Shown here one piece after another: positions 8,178 to 17,537 of a DNA stretch of 35,102 nt. The notes under the pieces were generated by a model. The model was not told the origin of the DNA. It saw only the letters and a program-made list of their open reading frames with translations, and did no database searches. The stretch is taken from contig JBHLPF010000031.1 of the NCBI GenBank assembly GCA_048939765.1, positions 8,306-43,407 on the forward strand, read 5' to 3'. Both the position numbers and the translations under genes were made by a program. Position 1 is the first letter of the stretch; every line of letters begins with the position of its first letter. This DNA is from Promethearchaeota archaeon (GTDB lineage Archaea; Asgardarchaeota; Thorarchaeia; Thorarchaeales; Thorarchaeaceae).

Positions 8178-10487
8178 CTAGCCTTTGTACGATGGATATT
8201 TGGTGGTTAGAAGAGTTCTGATTCTACCAGCTATCTTCTTTCCCACTCCTTTCACACTCTGAAGTTCCTTTTCACTGGCTGAGAAGACATTCTCCAGAGT
8301 CCCGAATTCTGAGAGAATCGCCCTTGAGATGACTGTATCTACACCCGGAAATCCCGATAGGACGTATTCTAGTGCTTCTGCATCAGTCCCTCTAGCATCG
8401 CCTGACCTGGTTCGCAAGGTCTTCTTTGCTCCTACCTGTTCAAGGTGTGCCAAACGATAGAGGACATTTGCTGTTTCTTCTGCATTCTGAGTCCAGAGAA
8501 TGGGAATTTGTATTCGAATAGCAATTGATGCCAATGCACCGTATATTGATGCGGGGTTCACCGCTCGAAGGCCTGTCAGTTGTTCCCCTTCGATTATTAA
8601 GACAGGTCTTCGATATGCTGATCGTAATGCCGAGAGCTGTACGAAGAGCCTGCCATCTATTAGCGATTGAATGAAGTCTCCCGACTCCTTTCTCTCGACA
8701 GCCACATCCTCAGAAACTATGTAGTCTCCAATCTGCAGACTCTCACCAGAGATCTCCACATCAAGCCGAGCAAGCTCCCTAGCTACAGCAGTTGGCAACT
8801 CTCTAGAGTCAACAATCATCTTGATTGCATCATCGGTCAAACTTGGAGCCACAATCCTTCTAGGTTTCTCTTCAAGCGAGTCCATAGATGCATCATCATC
8901 GCTCACAAAGTCCTCTAGACTAGTCTGCTCCTCCTCAGAGTCCTTCTCGGCCTCCTTTAGAGCATCTGGCATCTTCTTCAATTTTCTAATCACACTCCAG
9001 TGATAGAACTCATCGTGAGTTCCTCTGGCTACAAAGATCACCACACGGCCGGGTGTCTTTCGTCCCGTTCTTCCTCTACGTTGGATGTAAGGCACCACTG
9101 ATGGCACGCAGTCATAGAACACAACCAGGTTGCATTCTGGGATATCGAGACCCTCCTCCCCGACCTGTGTAGCCACCAATACATTGAACTCATTATTCCG
9201 GAAGCCCTCAAGGACCTCGACCTGTTTCTTCTGGCTGAATCCCTTATCCGTGCGGCGAGAGCTCTGTCCAACAAATCGGCTAACTCTTGCATCCTTCAGC
9301 TGCTCTAGGGTCTCTACAACTTCCACGGCTGTGTCTCGAAACCTAGTGAACACCAAAATGCGCGAGTCTAAATCAACGGACAGCTGTTCACCCACAAGCT
9401 CAAGAATGGCATCCGCCTTTGGATGTCGATGTCCTTTGTCTATGAGCGCCTTTAGAAGATTCTCGAATTGACTGAATTCCGCCTTTGCTATGAGGTCCTT
9501 GACACCCTTAGAGCTCTTCTTGTGACGGACTTCCTCGTATATCCCTTGGATGTATCTGTAGGTAGGTGTGAGGCCTTGAGTGCCTATGAACTCAACGAGA
9601 TGAACAAGCCTAAGGGCCGCCGTCAAGTTCCTGATAACTAGGAAAAGACTGGCAGGAGGTTTAGTATATGATCCAATCTCTTTCCTGACCTCCTTCTGTG
9701 CTTTCAAAATCTCTCTCCGACTCAACCGCCGGCTGTCTGGCAACGAGAATCCATGTTCCAGAATCGGTTTCTTGTATTCATCAAGCAGGCCATAGAGAAT
9801 GTCTTTCAGGACCTCGACCTCGGAGGGCAACTTGACATATCTGACATCAGTATCTATGGAAACAATGTAGTCCCTCACATCTGGACTCTTCTCAGTACGA
9901 ACCTCAACGCGATCAAGACGAAGGTTTCTGCAGACTGTTTTGATATGGTCTGCTTCATGGCCTGGTGATGCAGTGAGACCGAGCGACAAGGGCGCTTTTC
10001 CCTGCTTCTCATATATCTCTGCGACAAAGGTGTAGGCATAGTTTCCCACGCCTCTATGAGCCTCATCGTATACAATTAGAGAAACATCTTCCAGTCCATA
10101 GCTGCGCTGCACCAGATCATTCTGTAGAGCTTGCGGAGTCATGACAAAGACCCTGGCTTCATCCCACATCACACGCCTGTCATCAGGAGAGTCATGTCCA
10201 GTCATGCATACAATACGTTCCTCCTCGATGTCCAAAACCCTTCTCAGATAGCGAGCCTGTTGGTCCACAAGTGGTCGTGAGGGTGCCAGGAACAAGACTT
10301 TGAAGTCTGCATATTGCATCAGGCGTGTAGCGGCTACCAAAGCTGCAATCACAGTCTTTCCCAGTCCGGTACTCAGGACAATCATCGTGCTCTCCTTAGA
10401 GGCGATTTCTGCAAGAGCGACCTGATACTTCCTATATTCGATGCTCTCTTTGAGAATGCCCTTTGCATCGACATAGGAGATCTCCAC
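8178..10487 (-). CDS. hef: Hef (FANCM-like DEAH helicase + ERCC4 nuclease + HhH)
   Basis: STGLGKT, DEAH, TASPG, EEGLDI, QRRGRTGR; nuclease GDY..ERK...SLIDGRL; HhH VKGVG; PIP-like QTSLEDF in the linker. Confidence 0.95.
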   Translation of the reverse strand: MEISYVDAKGILKESIEYRKYQVALAEIASKESTMIVLSTGLGKTVIAALVAATRLMQYADFKVLFLAPSRPLVDQQARYLRRVLDIEEERIVCMTGHDSPDDRRVMWDEARVFVMTPQALQNDLVQRSYGLEDVSLIVYDEAHRGVGNYAYTFVAEIYEKQGKAPLSLGLTASPGHEADHIKTVCRNLRLDRVEVRTEKSPDVRDYIVSIDTDVRYVKLPSEVEVLKDILYGLLDEYKKPILEHGFSLPDSRRLSRREILKAQKEVRKEIGSYTKPPASLFLVIRNLTAALRLVHLVEFIGTQGLTPTYRYIQGIYEEVRHKKSSKGVKDLIAKAEFSQFENLLKALIDKGHRHPKADAILELVGEQLSVDLDSRILVFTRFRDTAVEVVETLEQLKDARVSRFVGQSSRRTDKGFSQKKQVEVLEGFRNNEFNVLVATQVGEEGLDIPECNLVVFYDCVPSVVPYIQRRGRTGRKTPGRVVIFVARGTHDEFYHWSVIRKLKKMPDALKEAEKDSEEEQTSLEDFVSDDDASMDSLEEKPRRIVAPSLTDDAIKMIVDSRELPTAVARELARLDVEISGESLQIGDYIVSEDVAVERKESGDFIQSLIDGRLFVQLSALRSAYRRPVLIIEGEQLTGLRAVNPASIYGALASIAIRIQIPILWTQNAEETANVLYRLAHLEQVGAKKTLRTRSGDARGTDAEALEYVLSGFPGVDTVISRAILSEFGTLENVFSASEKELQSVKGVGKKIAGRIRTLLTTKYPSYKG

Positions 10488-10581
10488 CTTGCCTCACACT
10501 CTTTATTGTACTGTCACACCCTTGATAATACTCGGTCTAAAAAGACTCCTACGACCAGAGGAAGAATAGGAGCCAGACGTG

Positions 10582-10917
10582 ATGACAAGTAGCGAGCCAA
10601 TACCTAGTATCGAAGCTGAGCTATATGAACTAAGTATGCCCGGCCGACTATTGGGTAAGGAAGTCTTGGACAGTAGGGCACGAAGGATTGGGATAGTCCG
10701 CAGCATCAGGATAGGGCTGCATCCTACCCGCTCAGAACTTATCGTAAAAGGCGCCGAAGTAGAGTTTCCAGTAGACTTCGCAAAGGTAGAAGCCGTTGGG
10801 ACTGTGGTACAGCTGAACTCAATCGTGAAAGAGGCTGAGGAGATAGAGGTCCACGACGTCATTCGCTTGCAGAAAGAAGTCCTAGACGACATCAAGTCAT
10901 ATCTCGGTACACGCTAG
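10582..10917 (+). CDS. PRC-barrel domain protein
   Basis: LLGKEVLDSRARRIGIVRSIRI...VEAVGTVVQL PRC-barrel pattern with a C-terminal helix. Confidence 0.75.
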   Translation: MTSSEPIPSIEAELYELSMPGRLLGKEVLDSRARRIGIVRSIRIGLHPTRSELIVKGAEVEFPVDFAKVEAVGTVVQLNSIVKEAEEIEVHDVIRLQKEVLDDIKSYLGTR

Positions 10918-10980
10918 ATTGCTGGCTTATGCAAGAGTTAATAGCCCCTGAAAGTGCATTCCGCGTCTGGTGGCACTACT

Positions 10981-11802
10981 ATGGACCTAACTGTCGAGGC
11001 ACTAGCAAAGACCATTGACCATACTGTTCTAAAGGCTGAAACAAAGAGGAGCAAGATACTCCAAATCTGTGAAGAGGCTCTCACTTACAATTTTGCGGCT
11101 GTTTGTATCAATCCGGTTCACGTCGCCTATGCTGCAGAGCTTCTGAAAGACTCAGATGTGAAAGTATGTGTCGTTGTTGGATTTCCGCTTGGTGCCAATA
11201 CATCCGAAACCAAAGCGTTCGAAGCCAAAGAGGCCGTTCGTGCAGGTGCTCATGAGGTAGACATGGTCATGAATGTAGGCGCTCTGAGAGATGAGAACTA
11301 TGATTTTGTCCGTAGTGATATTGAGGCGGTTGTATCCGCATCTGGTGATGCGCACACCAAGGTGATACTTGAAACTGGCCTACTGACAGACGACCAGAAG
11401 CGGAAGGGCTGTCTTTTGTCAAAGGAGGCTGGAGCTGACTTCGTAAAGACCTCCACTGGCTTTGGTCCTATGGGTGCGACTCCATATGATGTACGGTTGA
11501 TGCGAGAAACTGTAGGCAAGGATATGGGCGTAAAAGCTGCAGGGGGCATTCGGAGCTTCAAAGACGCGATCAAGATGCTAGATGCAGGTGCGGACAGACT
11601 AGGAACTAGTGCCGGTGTTGCTATTGTTGAAGATTTCCGATGGGCGCAGTATAGCGACAGCTGGATGCAGGAAGACAGACCATGCTGGGACTGTCCCAGT
11701 CGTCAGGCCAACCTTGCCAAACAACCAAAGGAGGTCTACGTCTGGTACAAGGAGCGTTGCTTGGTGTGTCCAGACAGAGCCGCAAATGTGTTCAATGATT
11801 AG
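10981..11802 (+). CDS. deoC: Deoxyribose-phosphate aldolase with Cys-rich C-terminal extension
   Basis: [36 protein letters not shown] (Schiff-base Lys), [13 protein letters not shown]. Confidence 0.96.
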   Translation: MDLTVEALAKTIDHTVLKAETKRSKILQICEEALTYNFAAVCINPVHVAYAAELLKDSDVKVCVVVGFPLGANTSETKAFEAKEAVRAGAHEVDMVMNVGALRDENYDFVRSDIEAVVSASGDAHTKVILETGLLTDDQKRKGCLLSKEAGADFVKTSTGFGPMGATPYDVRLMRETVGKDMGVKAAGGIRSFKDAIKMLDAGADRLGTSAGVAIVEDFRWAQYSDSWMQEDRPCWDCPSRQANLAKQPKEVYVWYKERCLVCPDRAANVFND

Positions 11803-11814
11803 GAGGAGTGACTG

Positions 11815-13605
11815 ATGTCGGATTCAGCCATGTCATATATTGATTCTAAGATTCTTCGTGTGTCCCTTTCAGAATCAACGATCACCACTGAGTCAATTCC
11901 AGAAGACCTGTATCGGAACTACCTCGGAGGTAGAGGTCTAGGCGTGAAGATTCTCTACGACACGCTGTCCCCAGGAATTGATGCACTCTCCCCTGAGAAC
12001 CTCCTTGTGTTCGCTATCGGCCCTTTGACAGCGATGCCTGTTCCTACTGCAGGCAGACTCGAGGTAATTACAAAGTCCCCCCTCACTGGTACAATATTCG
12101 ATTCGAATGTTGGAGGCTATATTGGTGCACAGCTCCGTCGTGCAGGCTATGCTGCAATCATTTTCGAGGGAGCCGCCACCAAACCGATGTATCTCTGGAT
12201 TAACGACGAGCAGGTCGAGATCCGTGATGCCTCGAAGGTATGGGGCAAAGATGTGTATGAAACTACAGACATGCTTCTAGAAGAAACAGATCCTAAGGCA
12301 CAGGTGGCATGTATTGGTCCAGGCGGAGAGAACAAAGTCAATCTAGCTGCCATCATGACGGACAAGCATAGAGCTGCAGGTCGTGGTGGGGTAGGGGCCG
12401 TGATGGGCTCGAAGAACCTGAAGGCTATAGTTGTGAAAGGTACTGGAAGCGTTGGAATTGATGATAAGGCCAGACTGACGGAGGCTGTCAAGCGAGCAAG
12501 ACGGCTTATCAAGAAGAACGCGGTGACAGACAAGTCGCTTCCCATCTATGGGACATCAGTTCTTGTTAATGTGACCAATGAGTTTGGTATGCTACCCACC
12601 CATAATTTCCAGGAAGGAACGTTCAATGATGCAGTGGGGGTTTCTGGCGAGAAACTCATTGAGCGACTGCTTATTGGAAGGTACAACTGCTATGGCTGTC
12701 CCATTGGATGTGGTCGCATAAGTCGGGTGGGTGACCAGGAGGTTGGCGGTCCGGAGTACGAAACCATATGGGCCTTTGGACCGCAGTGTGGAATAAACGA
12801 CTTAGAATGGATCACTCTGGCAAATCATGAGTGTAACCTGCTTGGACTTGACACGATTTCGGTGGGTGCTACAATAGGATGTGCTATGGAACTGTGTCAG
12901 AGAGGCAAAATCGACGTCCCTCTTACGTTTGGAAACACAGAGGGTCTCATTGAGATAATACGGGACATGGGACATGCCCGCGGTCTTGGAGCTGAGTTAG
13001 GGGAGGGAAGTCGAGCCTTTGCAGAGAAGCATGGCGCTCCGGAGCTAGCAATGCATGCCAAGGGTCTGGAGCTACCTGCCTACGACCCTCGGGGAGCCCA
13101 AGGTCATGCCCTTGGATATGCCACGTCCAATAGAGGCGGCTGTCACTTGAGGTCATACCTCATTGGTCCTGAGATTCTTGGGAGTCCGGTCAGGGTCGAC
13201 CGAGATAGCCCAAGAGGGAAGGCCGACCTTGTCATCCTCTATCAGAACCTCTCTGCTGTTATGGACTCGATGATTCTCTGTCGTTTCACGAACTTTGCCT
13301 GGACAGTTGATGATTATGCAGAGTTCCTTGCCGCCGGCACGGGTCTCCCTGTGAGCGGGCGTGATATCCTTGAAATTGGCGAACGCATCTATAATCTAGA
13401 GCGCATGTTCAACAACCGTGAAGGCCTAACAACTAAGGATGACCAATTACCTCCTCGATTCTTCAGTCCACTTCCAGAGGGCAACTCCAGAGATCGCGTA
13501 GTTCATTTGGATACAATGCTCACCGAGTACTATTCCCTCAGGGGCTGGGACAAAGAGGGTCGACCCACCAAAGACCGCATCAAAAAGCTGAAAATGGTCG
13601 TCTAG
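11815..13605 (+). CDS. aor: Aldehyde:ferredoxin oxidoreductase (tungstopterin AOR family)
   Basis: LGGRG, KSPLTG, AAGRGGVGAVMGSKNLKAI, CYGCPIGC, GPEYET, GLDTIS, YDPRG, RGGCH. Strong SD GGAGTGA. Confidence 0.95.
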   Translation: MSDSAMSYIDSKILRVSLSESTITTESIPEDLYRNYLGGRGLGVKILYDTLSPGIDALSPENLLVFAIGPLTAMPVPTAGRLEVITKSPLTGTIFDSNVGGYIGAQLRRAGYAAIIFEGAATKPMYLWINDEQVEIRDASKVWGKDVYETTDMLLEETDPKAQVACIGPGGENKVNLAAIMTDKHRAAGRGGVGAVMGSKNLKAIVVKGTGSVGIDDKARLTEAVKRARRLIKKNAVTDKSLPIYGTSVLVNVTNEFGMLPTHNFQEGTFNDAVGVSGEKLIERLLIGRYNCYGCPIGCGRISRVGDQEVGGPEYETIWAFGPQCGINDLEWITLANHECNLLGLDTISVGATIGCAMELCQRGKIDVPLTFGNTEGLIEIIRDMGHARGLGAELGEGSRAFAEKHGAPELAMHAKGLELPAYDPRGAQGHALGYATSNRGGCHLRSYLIGPEILGSPVRVDRDSPRGKADLVILYQNLSAVMDSMILCRFTNFAWTVDDYAEFLAAGTGLPVSGRDILEIGERIYNLERMFNNREGLTTKDDQLPPRFFSPLPEGNSRDRVVHLDTMLTEYYSLRGWDKEGRPTKDRIKKLKMVV

Positions 13606-13636
13606 ATGCAGCACTAGAAAGCGGAGTTGACTGCAG

Positions 13637-15589
13637 CTGGCTCGAAAGAAACAAAGCCGTAGAAAGTTCAGAAGGTCTCATGCACCATTCCTCACCAAGA
13701 TTCGGCTTTACTGGTGTGATGAGTGCAATGTGCCAAAGCCAGCTGAAACCAGTTGTGGCGTCTGTGGTCAAGAGCCAAGAAAGGTGGAGATATCACCGCC
13801 TGGAGACCCATATCCAGCAATGGAGGGGCATCTGCGGTCCGCAATATCTACTATTGACAGACAGTTTGGTGAAGGCGTAGGCCAGAAAGTCTTGCCAGCA
13901 GACAAGACCATAGTGATCAACAAAGTTCCCTCACTGGATGCGATGTTTGAGTATGTTGTGGATGGCCATATTATAGGTCGGCATCGTTATGACATCCCTC
14001 AGAGGGGCTACACCTTCCTTCTCTCTCTGGAAGGGGGACGAAGGATCGCAGAACATAGCAAGCAGAAATGGGTCTCATGCCATGACGGAGTCCTGCAGTA
14101 TCTGAAAGACGGTGCGAACCTGATGCTTCCAGGAGTGGCTGGGTGCGACTCAGCCATTGAGGTCGGTGATGAGGTCTGGATAGCAGATTCGAATGGAGCC
14201 GCGATAGGTGTTGGAATTGCGAGAATGAGTGGCACGGAGATGGCCAGTGAAACGAAAGGGTTTGCAGTAAAAATCCGGGAGGTGGATGATCCAAGGCCGC
14301 CATCCATCAATCACACGACTGCCACTTGGGATGATGCTGTCCAATCTAGTTCCAGCGACATTGACGCGATAGAATTCGAGGCAATCTCCTTCATAAAACG
14401 AACCGCTGAGAAGTACCACTTGCCTGTGGTTGTTGGGTTCAGCGGGGGAAAAGACTCTCTGGCCACGTATCTCCTTGTGAAAAAGGCTCTGAATGAGAGC
14501 CCCTCTCTATTCTTCATGGACACTGGGCTTGAGCTTCCCGAAACAGTAGAATATCTGAATGCCTTTGCGGACAGGCATCATGCAACTGTTGTCACTAAGG
14601 AAGCAGGTGAGCAATTCTGGGAGTCCATAGAAACCTTTGGACCCCCTGCAAGGGATTTCCGTTGGTGCTGCAAAGTCCTCAAGCTTGGTCCTGCGGCGAT
14701 GGCAATCAGCGAGGAGATTGGTGGCGATACGCTAAGCTTCATGGGTCAGAGAAAACTCGAGTCATTTCAGCGTTCGCAGGAGCCAAGAGTTTCAAGAAAT
14801 CCTTGGGTTTCTGGGCAAACGTCTGCAAACCCGATACAGAGGTGGAACGCATTGGAGGTTTGGCTCTATATATTCAGAGAAAAAGAGCCGTTCAATCCTA
14901 TGTACAATAAAGGCTACCATAGAATGGGTTGTTACCTATGTCCTGCATCACCCCTTGCCGAGATTGAGAGTCTTCGCGAGACTCATCCAGATCTCTATGT
15001 GAGATGGAAAGAGAAGATCGGCGACTGGGCAGAAAAACTAGGCTATCCCCAGGAATGGGCTGAGCTTGGTTTTTGGAGATGGAAGAGTCTTCCCCCGGGT
15101 CAACTGAAGCTGATAGAGGAACTTGAGCTAGATATTGAAGACGTTCGTCCTGGACCTGCTGACCGCCTAGAGCTAGAAGTTGTTCAGGGGGTCTCTCCAT
15201 GCACAGATTCTGGATATAGCTTGGAGGGGCAATTCTCAGAAGGTGTCAATCTAGATCGAATATCAAGATTGATGCCTATCTTTGGAAGGACTAGGGTGTC
15301 TGAAGAACTCGGAGCACTCAGAGCGATCTCTGGAGAGAATACAATCACCCTATTCAGCTCTGGTTCTTTGGTCATACGCGGGGATGATGAGTCTGAGGTT
15401 GAGGCTCTGGCCAAGCAAGTGGAGCGTGTAGTGAGGCGAGCGCTCTTTTGTCAGGCATGTGGGTCATGTGTCCCTCAGTGTGACCACAATGCATTGAATC
15501 TTGATGATGAGAAGATATCAGTTGATTCCGAAAGGTGTACAAACTGTCTGAAGTGTAACACATGGCCTTGTCCGACCTACCTCGGTTGA
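13637..15589 (+). CDS. Zn-ribbon/PUA/PAPS-reductase-like/ferredoxin multidomain protein
   Basis: In-frame upstream LYWCDECNVP pairs with CGVCG; PUA (GANLMLPGV); PP-loop FSGGKDS; RWCCKVLK and RMGCYLCP; C-terminal CQACGSCVPQC and CTNCLKC. Start extended to CTG 13637 (ORF track gives GTG 13730). Confidence 0.85.
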   Translation: MARKKQSRRKFRRSHAPFLTKIRLYWCDECNVPKPAETSCGVCGQEPRKVEISPPGDPYPAMEGHLRSAISTIDRQFGEGVGQKVLPADKTIVINKVPSLDAMFEYVVDGHIIGRHRYDIPQRGYTFLLSLEGGRRIAEHSKQKWVSCHDGVLQYLKDGANLMLPGVAGCDSAIEVGDEVWIADSNGAAIGVGIARMSGTEMASETKGFAVKIREVDDPRPPSINHTTATWDDAVQSSSSDIDAIEFEAISFIKRTAEKYHLPVVVGFSGGKDSLATYLLVKKALNESPSLFFMDTGLELPETVEYLNAFADRHHATVVTKEAGEQFWESIETFGPPARDFRWCCKVLKLGPAAMAISEEIGGDTLSFMGQRKLESFQRSQEPRVSRNPWVSGQTSANPIQRWNALEVWLYIFREKEPFNPMYNKGYHRMGCYLCPASPLAEIESLRETHPDLYVRWKEKIGDWAEKLGYPQEWAELGFWRWKSLPPGQLKLIEELELDIEDVRPGPADRLELEVVQGVSPCTDSGYSLEGQFSEGVNLDRISRLMPIFGRTRVSEELGALRAISGENTITLFSSGSLVIRGDDESEVEALAKQVERVVRRALFCQACGSCVPQCDHNALNLDDEKISVDSERCTNCLKCNTWPCPTYLG

Positions 15590-15650
15590 CCGCATGTATT
15601 GCTAGTCGTTATATACTGCCTGAGCACGTTCTGCTCACAAAACCTTAATT

Positions 15651-17057
15651 ATGGTCTCGAGCAGCCGCCATCCTATCGTGCGACTGAAGATGCTGGTGGA
15701 AACAAAAATGCTCCGCGCAATCTCAATCACAATCTGGCGATTCCGTAGAGAGCTTGTGCTGAGCTTAGTAATCTCAATGATTGCTATCCCCTTCGCTAAT
15801 TACATGGTCATAGAACGCGACCGTAATCGAAACGAGATGTATGGCGAGGCTTTCTGGATATACGGGTTCGAAGTCTATGAGATGAACGACCACGAACTGG
15901 CAGCAGCCCTTCCACCAGAATGGGGATACAATGATGGCCTACATGTGCTTCCTGATTATTTGGGCAATATCACCTATGAGTACCCCGTATTTGGGATTGT
16001 CTTCTTCTCTATAGCCACTTGGCTTTTCCCTGGACAGGGTGGCTTACAGCCTATGTGGCTAAACTTCATACTGACTCTTGTGTTCAATCTGAATCTTGTC
16101 TTGATTGCAATTCTTCTCGGTGATCGTATTTTCAAGAACCAGTGGGCACGCTTCTTCTTCGCTGGATACTATGTCTATGGCCTGATTATGTCTGCAGGTG
16201 GAGGTAAACTCGAGCCAATTGTAGACTGCCTCCTTCTCATGTCACTGGTTCTTCTTCAGGAAAAACAATATGGAAAGGCGATGTTTGCACTGGGTCTATC
16301 GGTCCAGACCAAAATCTATTCGGTGGTTGCCCTTCCAATAATATTCCTTGCAGCACCTGTGTCCATCATCTGGTTCGTTGCATCTATGATGCTAACAGTC
16401 ATTCCATTTCTGTTTCTAGGCGCTGAGTTCACCTCATTGCTGAATCATTTCCTGAACACTTCTACCTATAGCTCATATGTAGTGAACCCAATGTACCCCG
16501 GTCTATTCGTTGCCTCTCCAATTATAGAAGACAGCACAGTCATTGGCAGCTATCCATGGCCGCCCGCTCTAATTCCGCTTCTGATATATGTCGCCTTCAT
16601 GCTGTCTACTATTCGTCTCTATCTGCCTGACAGTGAGGCCTTTCGGGATGCATCTCTGTTGGGTAAGATCAATCTCTTGAAACCGTTCTACGTCTACATG
16701 CTCCCCGCAGTTCTCTTTGTCTTCAGATGGGAAATGCCGTGGTACCTGTTTTGGCTGGGTCCTGCAATATTCCTCTTTGAAGAGGATGAACACAAAGTCG
16801 GCTATCTAAAGGAGCTGACAATCGTGGGCCTTCTCTACGCATTTGGAGTAATTGTGAACTGGCCGTATCTAATAACAGGGCCGCTTCCAGATTTCTTCGT
16901 GCATTTTCCATTTGGTCTGTACACATTTTTGGGCGTGATTGGTCTCACAGCCCTTACAGGAATTGCAATCGGTATATGGAAGTGGACCATTGATAGACGA
17001 CGGAGAAGGGCTATCATGCTCCGAGATGCGAAAGCGCGCGGCGAGCTCGTCATGTGA
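15651..17057 (+). CDS. Polytopic membrane protein, putative GT87/GT-C glycosyltransferase
   Basis: YEYP, GKLE, GLSVQTKIY and PWYLFW motifs; more than 10 TM helices. Start may be a downstream ATG. Confidence 0.65.
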   Translation: MVSSSRHPIVRLKMLVETKMLRAISITIWRFRRELVLSLVISMIAIPFANYMVIERDRNRNEMYGEAFWIYGFEVYEMNDHELAAALPPEWGYNDGLHVLPDYLGNITYEYPVFGIVFFSIATWLFPGQGGLQPMWLNFILTLVFNLNLVLIAILLGDRIFKNQWARFFFAGYYVYGLIMSAGGGKLEPIVDCLLLMSLVLLQEKQYGKAMFALGLSVQTKIYSVVALPIIFLAAPVSIIWFVASMMLTVIPFLFLGAEFTSLLNHFLNTSTYSSYVVNPMYPGLFVASPIIEDSTVIGSYPWPPALIPLLIYVAFMLSTIRLYLPDSEAFRDASLLGKINLLKPFYVYMLPAVLFVFRWEMPWYLFWLGPAIFLFEEDEHKVGYLKELTIVGLLYAFGVIVNWPYLITGPLPDFFVHFPFGLYTFLGVIGLTALTGIAIGIWKWTIDRRRRRAIMLRDAKARGELVM

Positions 17058-17058
17058 A

Positions 17059-17526
17059 TCAAGTCTTGACTCTGCCGTTCTCGCGGTAGAACTTGATAAT
17101 TCGTTCACGAATCATGGTTGAGGAGCATAGACCCCCCGCTTTTTGCTGTTTCAGCCGAACGATTTTCGTAGGCATGTGCTTCTCCTGGAATTTCCTCTCC
17201 AGAGATTGAACATCGGTCACCTGATCGTAGCCAAGTGCAACGATATCTGGTTTCACATCTGCAACAATGAGGGTGTGATCAGTTGTGTCATATCCTAGGA
17301 TCGCTCTATCAACGACATCCAGCGCCTCAACAAGTTTCCTGCGTTGTTCTTGAGGAAAGACAGGCGGAGCACCTCTCTCTTTTTCAATGGTCTTGTCCAG
17401 GGCTATTACTACAATAAGCTCGCCGTCGTGACCAGCAACCTCTTTTGCCTGCCGCAGGTATGCCAGATGTCCAAGATGCAGAATGTCGAACTTGCCCGCA
17501 GCTAGAACACGTTTCCCTGGCATCAT
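17059..17526 (-). CDS. ribL: FAD synthase (cytidylyltransferase family)
   Basis: AAGKFDILHLGH (HxGH), PDIVALGYDQ, CSSTMIRERI. Confidence 0.82.
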   Translation of the reverse strand: MMPGKRVLAAGKFDILHLGHLAYLRQAKEVAGHDGELIVVIALDKTIEKERGAPPVFPQEQRRKLVEALDVVDRAILGYDTTDHTLIVADVKPDIVALGYDQVTDVQSLERKFQEKHMPTKIVRLKQQKAGGLCSSTMIRERIIKFYRENGRVKT

Positions 17527-17537
17527 CAGTTCCTCGA

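Noticed and set aside
13606-13636. TGA readthrough or frameshift supplying an ATG to the PUA/PAPS gene
   Set aside because: ATG 13606 is out of frame and stops after three codons, and there is no in-frame ATG just before the TGA; a CTG start is simpler.
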